Under the pieces are notes generated by a model. It saw only the letters and a list, made by a program, of their open reading frames with translations, was not told the DNA's origin and did no database searches. Shown here piece by piece: positions 28,059-35,220 of a stretch of DNA of 64,000 bases. The position numbers and the translations under genes are program-made. How positions within the stretch are numbered: the first letter of the stretch is position 1; each line of letters opens with the position of its first letter. The stretch covers positions 32,001 to 96,000 of the IMG/VR virus record IMGVR_UViG_3300022745_000020; one strand, given 5' to 3'. This DNA comes from a virus.

Positions 28059-29339
28059 ATGTTTTCATTAACTTCTACCCCCCTACTGCTGGGTCCAGTA
28101 ATTGATGCTGCTACACTGCAGACTAACTACCCAGCAGCTACCTATCCTGGATCATTCGGTGTAGTGGGCTCTTCAGCCCCTTATACCCTCTACATCAGTA
28201 CGGGCTCAGCCTGGGTGAACTACTCACTGGGCCAATTCACCACAGGCGCTCAAGGTGCATTAGCAGACACCTCTTTACAGCCAGGTGGTGGGTATTCCAC
28301 ACAGACTGCAGCCAGTGGTATGTCAGCGGCTGGAGCTACACTGCTAGGCTCCATCACTCCAAAGACCACACTGGCGGTAGCTACTGCTGATCTAGGATTA
28401 GGGGCTACTGGAGCTCAGTTGTTTACAGCTGCTACTGCAGCATCTGTGCAATCTACTTTAAATGTAGGCTATACACTAACCGCATACACCTATGTCTTAG
28501 GTCAAAATGGATTTGGTAGTGTAAATACCACCACCACTGCACAGTTGAACTTACCGCCTTACATCCAAACCAATGGTGGCTATATCTACGTGGATGGGTG
28601 TTCTGGAGGAGGTGGTGGATCGGGTGGATCTAATGACTCCGGTGGTGGAGGTGGTGGGGGATCTGTAGCTACTTATATGTGGCCAGTGTATATCCCGCCA
28701 GGGCTTCCTTCGCTCTATATCCAAGTGGGTCGAGGTGGTGCTGGTAGCAGTGGTAGTAGCTCTACGTTTGCTGCTGCTGGCGTTAACGGCGTGGAGACTT
28801 ATATCAAACGGGATTCCTATACGGGTGTATATCTGTGGAGATCACCAGTGGGTCTAGGGGGCGCCGCTCAGAATACGCTGACCAAGGGGGGTAATGGTTC
28901 CGGAAGCTCATCCTACGAATTGACTACCGGTGCTGGTGGTACGGGTGCAGCTAATGGGGGTGTGGGTTATCCGTTATCGACTACTTATAATGGCATTGAT
29001 TGTTTCGGGGTGCCATTTCGTTATACTGGCGGAGCGGGTGGTGGCGGAGCAGGTGCTACTGCCACTACAGGTGGAGGATCAGGTGGTGTCAGTATAGGAC
29101 CTTCTGCCAGTGGAGGATCTGGTGCTGGAGCCGGAGGTGGAGGGGGTGCAGCGCCATGGGGGAACTCCTCAGGTGTGCCAGTGTCTATGAATCTAGGCAC
29201 ACCTGGCACAGGTGGCGATGGTGGAGCCTCCCCCACTGCAGGTACTACCTGTACCGCCTACGGTGGAGGCGGTGGAGGCGGTGGTAAGACCATGTCTGGA
29301 GGAATTGGTGGTGACGGCTTTTTGAGGATTTGGATGTAA
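28059..29339 (+). CDS. Short tail fibre, paralog of 26750
   Basis: Same architecture; shares a 63-bp identical patch with 26750..28048. Confidence 0.78.
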   Translation: MFSLTSTPLLLGPVIDAATLQTNYPAATYPGSFGVVGSSAPYTLYISTGSAWVNYSLGQFTTGAQGALADTSLQPGGGYSTQTAASGMSAAGATLLGSITPKTTLAVATADLGLGATGAQLFTAATAASVQSTLNVGYTLTAYTYVLGQNGFGSVNTTTTAQLNLPPYIQTNGGYIYVDGCSGGGGGSGGSNDSGGGGGGGSVATYMWPVYIPPGLPSLYIQVGRGGAGSSGSSSTFAAAGVNGVETYIKRDSYTGVYLWRSPVGLGGAAQNTLTKGGNGSGSSSYELTTGAGGTGAANGGVGYPLSTTYNGIDCFGVPFRYTGGAGGGGAGATATTGGGSGGVSIGPSASGGSGAGAGGGGGAAPWGNSSGVPVSMNLGTPGTGGDGGASPTAGTTCTAYGGGGGGGGKTMSGGIGGDGFLRIWM

Positions 29340-29340
29340 T

Positions 29341-30273
29341 ATGAGACTACCTCCTAATTTAGGTATGGCGACCCTGACTTACGTGTTGGGGGCTACTACA
29401 AACCCTACATCAACACAGGGTACTGCTCTTCAAACCACTATCGACTCTACCACTACTGGACTCACCTCTATCTTTCCCAGAATCACCTCCGGTGGTGGAT
29501 ATATCTGGGTAGAGGGATGTGGAGGTGGAGGTGGAGGTGGAGGTGGTAGTAACATAGGTTCTAACGACACGGGAGGCGGAGGAGGCGGAGGATCTATCGG
29601 TTGTCTACTGATGCCCCTTTACATACCGCCTAATACCACTGCACTTTACATCCAAGTAGGCCGCGGTGGACCTGGGGGTGTGGCTGGGGCCAACGGCACT
29701 TCTGGGGATGAAACCTATATCCGCACTGGCAGTCATACAGGACCTTACCTACTTCGACTAAGGGAAGGTTATAACGGCACTGCTGGTACGTCTAACGGGG
29801 CCGGAGGTACTGGTGGCGGCAATGCGACTTGGGGTACTGGTGGCACTGGTGGCACCGGAGCCGGTAATGGTTCAGCTGGTGCTGCCAACATCTATGGCAT
29901 CGCCATGGGTCGTGGGTATATAGCCGGTGGTAACGGCGGCGGCGGAGCGGGTGCTACCGCCACTGCTGGTGGAGGTGGAGGTAGAAGTCTGGGTACGCAT
30001 GCCAGTGGAGGATCTGGTGCTGGTGCAGGTGGTACTGGTGGCGATGGTATTTTTACTAAGACAGGAACGTACAATGGCTTTGTAGTCATTCAAAGTAGCA
30101 ACGGTCCAGTAGGTGGTGCGGGTGGTGCTTCACCGGCTGCTGCCGTCTATGACTCAGTGCTGCTTGGAAGCGGTGGCGGTGGTGGGGGAAAAGGCTTTGC
30201 GGGGGCCGCTGGTGGTGATGGATGTTTACGTATTTCTTTTCCAATGAACCTTTTAGCGGGATCACCTTTTTAA
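29341..30273 (+). CDS. Stand-alone polyglycine adhesin-like protein
   Basis: 'MRLP..GM....YVLG' start like 22904; same conserved Gly blocks. Confidence 0.75.
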   Translation: MRLPPNLGMATLTYVLGATTNPTSTQGTALQTTIDSTTTGLTSIFPRITSGGGYIWVEGCGGGGGGGGGSNIGSNDTGGGGGGGSIGCLLMPLYIPPNTTALYIQVGRGGPGGVAGANGTSGDETYIRTGSHTGPYLLRLREGYNGTAGTSNGAGGTGGGNATWGTGGTGGTGAGNGSAGAANIYGIAMGRGYIAGGNGGGGAGATATAGGGGGRSLGTHASGGSGAGAGGTGGDGIFTKTGTYNGFVVIQSSNGPVGGAGGASPAAAVYDSVLLGSGGGGGGKGFAGAAGGDGCLRISFPMNLLAGSPF

Positions 30274-30383
30274 TGCGAGTACTTTACACTAAAATGCCCT
30301 TTATTACTTGTGTAGAGGTGCGTATGAGCCTGAAATGATCAGATCTGCCGACCAATTTAGCGTATTTTTAATTAAAGGTATCT

Positions 30384-32798
30384 ATGAGCTACTCTCCATC
30401 ACTCAAGGGCGTGTATATCGGTACTTTTGCCACCGAAAAAGCCTTGACAGACTCCGTCAATCCCACCAAAGTGCCAGGATCTTTTGCTCTGGTAGGTACT
30501 GGCCCCTATCGGATCTTATATGCAGAGGGGTCTAATTGGATCGATCATCACCTGCGCACACAAGGCGATGACCTACTCGACGCCAATGGCATATCTGTAC
30601 GAAATAGAATGGATGTCGCCAGGAGGAATTATATCCTCTCTTCACTAGAGGCACCTGTCATCATCCCTCCACGTCTGCAAGTGGGTGCTAACGGCGCTAT
30701 TCAATTTGGCACTTTGGTCTCTGGCACTACCATTACTTTCTCTGCCACCTCTGGCACGGGTGTGACATGTACAGCCAGTGCAGCATTCTTCACCAGTGCC
30801 GCGGTGGATGTGAATAAGTACATTTCACTGCCCACAGGTGAGTGGGCTCAAGTGACAGCTTTCACCAGTACTACTGTGGTAACAGTCAGTATCTTGACAG
30901 CAGGACCTGCCCTGAAGGGTACAGTAGGACCATATTCTAATTGGTATTATGGCCATGGCACAGCTGCAGTGTATGGCCATCCGGGTTACTCAAATGTCGC
31001 TCGTGCAGCTCTGGGTTGCTGGATGTACTTCAAAGCAGGTGCTCTCTATGCGGGCTCAGCTGCAGACACCTATTGGGTGGTGATGCGCAGCCCAATGACA
31101 GGCACTGCTTTCAACACCACGCCAGACAACGGATTCGGTCGCCTCCCATTGGCTACACCACAACGTATCATATCACCGGCTATGGGTGAGCAAGCCCATG
31201 CTGCAGGGGACGTATTCTTTGGAGGGGCTACAGCTATCCCTTTTGGAGCAGTGGGGCCAAATGGAAACGTAATCTGCACCCTAGCGGGCACCGCCTCTAC
31301 ATCAGCTCTAACTAAATATGTTATTCCGTACTATGGAAATAGCAGTTCTGGGCGACCGTCGTCCACTACAGCTGGGGGTTTTGTTCTGAGAACCCGATGG
31401 AGTGCTAGAGGCAGTCACTCTATACTCAGCCCTGCCCAGGGGTGGAGTGGTGAAACCGATGTCACTGGTCATGGTAATGCATCCAACGACATTGCTGGCG
31501 GTAAACCGACATTCCGCATGAAAGGAAATAGCGGTGGTCCAGATGACTATATCACCATTGAGAATCTGCGATTAGAGATCGATCCAGGTCCTTCTGGAGG
31601 TCGAGCTCTGCGCTCACCAGCGACTCTACCTATCACGGTACCTGCCGATTTCATGGGGATGAATCTCATGCAGCCGGGGTATAGCGGTAATGCCCTATCC
31701 CTGGTCAGTAAGGTCGGGGTAAATCGACTGAATCAGTCTCGTGTGAGTATGTGGGCTGCTATAGAGACAGCTGCAGGGGTATATAACCCTACTATACTGT
31801 CTAGTCTCGGGGCTATAATCACCGCCATCAAGGCCAAAGGGGGAAAGATAGCTCTGGGGTTATACGCCACACCTACTTTTTATGCGGGTACTACCCCGCA
31901 TCCTACTTATACAGATGCACAGACCCTGGGGCCATGGGGATATCTTGGAGAGTGCTCCAATCCCACCAGCACCACTGCAGTGGTGAACTTCGTTACATAC
32001 ATGATCAATTATTTCAATAAACCCGGAGGTGCTTGGTATGAAGCCAATGGGGGAAAGAAAGGTATTGATTATTGGGAGACTTGGAATGAGCCGGAGAATT
32101 ATACCGATTCAAACCAAAACTCCACAGGTGTAGGAGCTAAGGGAAAACAGTTTTGGTGGGGTAGCAGTACCCAATTGGTAGACCTGTGCAAACTACAGTA
32201 CGATTTGATTAAGTCATTAGACTCCTCCATTGTTATATGGTCACCTGGCTTTGCATCAACTAACGCCAATGCTCAAACATTTTTAGCGTGTCAGGGCACT
32301 ACTTACAGTTCCACCACAGGTGCTGATACGTTTGATCAGTTTTCTTTTCATACCTATTCAGCAGCCCCACCGGGGGAGACTACCGGTGTGGGAAATGGAG
32401 ATATCTTAACCAACTTAACTGGGCTGTATGAGCAGGTAACTGCACTGAGAACTCAAGGGTATAACTTTCCTCTGACCATCGGAGAGATAGGGTTTGACCC
32501 AGATGCACTCAATTCGGCAGCATGGTATGCAAAATCTGCAGCCGATCGATACACCTACTGGTGTAGAGTGGCCATGGTCTGCGCCGCCTGGGGCATCAAA
32601 TCCATATTGCCGTGGCACTGGACCTCAGGTAACACCACAGGAACAGCTGGTAATTGGGGAGGCGATGTGGATGGTTGTACTAAAGCCTACAATGATATCC
32701 AGACTAAATTGTGTGGAAAGACCATTGTCTCCTACAGCTATGAAAATAACTCCCCAGTGAGGCTGGACTTCAGCGACGGCACCTACTGGGTGGTATGA
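30384..32798 (+). CDS. Tail-associated depolymerase: shared N-terminal module, beta domain and C-terminal clan GH-A hydrolase
   Basis: 'WAAIET..GVY', 'ETWNEPE', 'FSFHTY' and 'LTIGEIG' motifs; the N-terminus matches the island module. Confidence 0.8.
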   Translation: MSYSPSLKGVYIGTFATEKALTDSVNPTKVPGSFALVGTGPYRILYAEGSNWIDHHLRTQGDDLLDANGISVRNRMDVARRNYILSSLEAPVIIPPRLQVGANGAIQFGTLVSGTTITFSATSGTGVTCTASAAFFTSAAVDVNKYISLPTGEWAQVTAFTSTTVVTVSILTAGPALKGTVGPYSNWYYGHGTAAVYGHPGYSNVARAALGCWMYFKAGALYAGSAADTYWVVMRSPMTGTAFNTTPDNGFGRLPLATPQRIISPAMGEQAHAAGDVFFGGATAIPFGAVGPNGNVICTLAGTASTSALTKYVIPYYGNSSSGRPSSTTAGGFVLRTRWSARGSHSILSPAQGWSGETDVTGHGNASNDIAGGKPTFRMKGNSGGPDDYITIENLRLEIDPGPSGGRALRSPATLPITVPADFMGMNLMQPGYSGNALSLVSKVGVNRLNQSRVSMWAAIETAAGVYNPTILSSLGAIITAIKAKGGKIALGLYATPTFYAGTTPHPTYTDAQTLGPWGYLGECSNPTSTTAVVNFVTYMINYFNKPGGAWYEANGGKKGIDYWETWNEPENYTDSNQNSTGVGAKGKQFWWGSSTQLVDLCKLQYDLIKSLDSSIVIWSPGFASTNANAQTFLACQGTTYSSTTGADTFDQFSFHTYSAAPPGETTGVGNGDILTNLTGLYEQVTALRTQGYNFPLTIGEIGFDPDALNSAAWYAKSAADRYTYWCRVAMVCAAWGIKSILPWHWTSGNTTGTAGNWGGDVDGCTKAYNDIQTKLCGKTIVSYSYENNSPVRLDFSDGTYWVV

Positions 32799-32816
32799 AG
32801 TAAAATAAGTGTATAC

Positions 32817-32868
32817 AGACACACCCTACCTATACGGCCCATGTAAGCCGTATAGGTAGGGTGTGTCT
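32817..32868. terminator. Stem-loop, 22-bp perfect stem
   Basis: agacacaccctacctatacggc-ccatgtaa-gccgtataggtagggtgtgtct. Confidence 0.7.
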
Positions 32869-32929
32869 AAATCTAATGAATGCGTATCCACATGGGTAAA
32901 ATCCCTTTCTCTATTGGTAAGGAAACGTT

Positions 32930-34318
32930 ATGTATTTTGATCAACTACTCCCCTCTACTGCAGGTTTGGCTCTCATAAAGGCCGCTTCTGCATCAGCACA
33001 AAGATCCCAACTCGGCCTGGGAAGCGCATCGACGCTGAACGCCACAAACATCGTTCAATCGGTCAATGGCCTGGCACCTGATGTCTCGGGTAATGTCCTG
33101 ACTCGCAATTTTACCTCAGGTACAGTAGGTGCTACAGCAGTAGTTATCCCCCTGGCTACGTACCTGTTGGTGGGTGCACCACACACACTTAACGTCACAC
33201 CTGATACGGGATGTACTCTACAAATAGAATACAGTCTGAACAACGGGGCTAACTATGTGGTGTATGATACAACCACAGTCAGCAACATTTACCAGTATAC
33301 GATGCTGCCTGGTGAGAGCGCGATTACTCATCTGCGCATTACTCGCACTGCAGGCACCAGCAACAACAGCACCTATTATCTCAGTGGGGGTGTGGACTAT
33401 GCTCAGTACCCCGCAGGCTCTCCAGCTATATCGATCACTGCGGCTAACATCTCAGACTCTTCTGCAGCAGGTCGAGCCTTACTGACAGCTGCAGATGTCA
33501 CCACTCAAAATGCACTATTGGGCACCAGTGGGGCGATCACCTCTTTGGCTGGGATGCAAGCTACTTTTAATAGTGGCTCTGCTGCAGAAAAAGCCGCGTT
33601 TCAATCGTCAGTAGCGGGGGTGTTCAATGAGATGGTCTCGCTGCACCCCAGTGCTATTCCTTTGATTATCCCAGGCAGTGGCACAGTGAGCACCAACGGG
33701 GCATTGGTGCTGGGTACAGCCAACTCTGTTATCTACAGTGACAGTTATGTATATCTTCCAGCAGGAGCTGCATTTGCAAGCTCTATCGCTGGATTTTACT
33801 ATGTAAAATTCACCACTCTAACTACAGGCACCATCTACAATAACGTCTATTCCCCAGGTGCAAACTTCCCCTCTATCGTAGCTGTGCCAACTGCGATTTC
33901 TGCAGCCGGCCCCGGTGCATTTACAGGCCCCACCACTGAAATTGATGCAGTGGTCGTCACTGTGACTGGTGGTGCTATGGGTGTAAATGGACGCATCCAC
34001 ATCCAGTACTACGCTGGAGGCACCAACAGTGCAGGCAACAAGACCGTCAAAATTTACTACGGTGACACTAACTTAAACTCCTCTACCATGACCACTCAGC
34101 TGCAGCTGTGTATGCCGCTGTATGTGATCCAAAACCGGGGTAAATTAACCAGCCAGTATACCCCAGGATCTGCTTTCTCTGGCACCAGCACCAGCGCACC
34201 TGTAGCTACTTCGATTGACTCGTCTGTAGATCAGATCGTCAAGATCTCTCTGACACACTCCAGTGCTGCTACCGATAACATCGTACTAGAGTCGTGTAAC
34301 ATCGACGTGTGGGGTTGA
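32930..34318 (+). CDS. Tail fibre / adaptor protein, chimera of domains seen in 18527 and 30384
   Basis: The N-half has the 'APHTL.VTPDTGC...THLRITRT.G' domain of 18527; the C-half 'IIP....V..NGA...GT...AGA..A.S.A..Y.V....TGT..N' is shared with 30384. Confidence 0.72.
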   Translation: MYFDQLLPSTAGLALIKAASASAQRSQLGLGSASTLNATNIVQSVNGLAPDVSGNVLTRNFTSGTVGATAVVIPLATYLLVGAPHTLNVTPDTGCTLQIEYSLNNGANYVVYDTTTVSNIYQYTMLPGESAITHLRITRTAGTSNNSTYYLSGGVDYAQYPAGSPAISITAANISDSSAAGRALLTAADVTTQNALLGTSGAITSLAGMQATFNSGSAAEKAAFQSSVAGVFNEMVSLHPSAIPLIIPGSGTVSTNGALVLGTANSVIYSDSYVYLPAGAAFASSIAGFYYVKFTTLTTGTIYNNVYSPGANFPSIVAVPTAISAAGPGAFTGPTTEIDAVVVTVTGGAMGVNGRIHIQYYAGGTNSAGNKTVKIYYGDTNLNSSTMTTQLQLCMPLYVIQNRGKLTSQYTPGSAFSGTSTSAPVATSIDSSVDQIVKISLTHSSAATDNIVLESCNIDVWG

Positions 34319-34319
34319 T

Positions 34320-35081
34320 ATGTCGGTTTATTACACCAAACCCACTAAGCGATTTACTACGACTGAGCCGTTTACTGGAGCAGTGGGCACTTATGATCTA
34401 CAAGCGCTTTCCTCTTCAAGATTGGTGATATCCTCCGATGCATCTGGTCAGCTCGCCACATTCACTTGTCAGCCAGGCGATCAATATCAAACATCCTCCG
34501 GCGAGCGCACAGAGATCATTTTAGGAGGGGGTTCGAATTCAGCAGCATTCAAGGTCACTGGGCTGGAAAACGATGTAGAGTATTGGACGTTTTCCGTCAA
34601 GCTAAGTTCCCCCTGGAGTCAGCCCGGGCTGTACAATGGCGTCTCACGTTGGCTAGTTCCCATTCAGTTTCACGGACCTGACTCGTACATAGCCCCTCCC
34701 AGCTTGGCTCTACAAACGGAGACAGGGGTATATGTCATGAGTATGTGTGTGGGTAATATGTCCAGTAAAAATACAGTCATGTACCCGCTGACTGACAACA
34801 ATTTACTGCTCGATAATTGGGTGGACTTTTGCTTCGAGATTCGCTGGTCTACAGGTACAGATGGCTATGTGAAACTGTATCGCCGCAATCCAGGAAGTGT
34901 ATATACCCGGGTATGTAAGGTGGCTAGTACCCCCACCATGCAGTATGCTACCGCAGGAGCCGCACAGATGCACTATGCTAAGGCGGGTATTTATCGCTCA
35001 CCATCATCGACCACCCACGTGGCATCTCATCGTCAGATCACCCGTACCACCGCCAGACCTGCAGGTCTGCCAGTGGCGTAA
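34320..35081 (+). CDS. Polysaccharide lyase (heparin lyase I-like beta-jelly roll, PF14099-type)
   Basis: 'GERTEI', 'QFHG', 'WVDF...WS...DGYVKLYR' and 'YAKAGIYR' motifs. Confidence 0.72.
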   Translation: MSVYYTKPTKRFTTTEPFTGAVGTYDLQALSSSRLVISSDASGQLATFTCQPGDQYQTSSGERTEIILGGGSNSAAFKVTGLENDVEYWTFSVKLSSPWSQPGLYNGVSRWLVPIQFHGPDSYIAPPSLALQTETGVYVMSMCVGNMSSKNTVMYPLTDNNLLLDNWVDFCFEIRWSTGTDGYVKLYRRNPGSVYTRVCKVASTPTMQYATAGAAQMHYAKAGIYRSPSSTTHVASHRQITRTTARPAGLPVA

Positions 35082-35119
35082 GGGTGTCTAAAATAATCAA
35101 CATTTGATGAACACTACAC

Positions 35120-35155
35120 CCACTGTACATGGACGATGTCGTCCATGTACAGTGG
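35120..35155. terminator. Stem-loop, 17-bp stem
   Basis: ccactgtacatggacga-tg-tcgtccatgtacagtgg. Confidence 0.65.
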
Positions 35156-35220
35156 TCTATGTTGCACATACACTCTACCTAATCTAGTGATTTGACCGCA
35201 TATCCACATGGAGCCTCACT

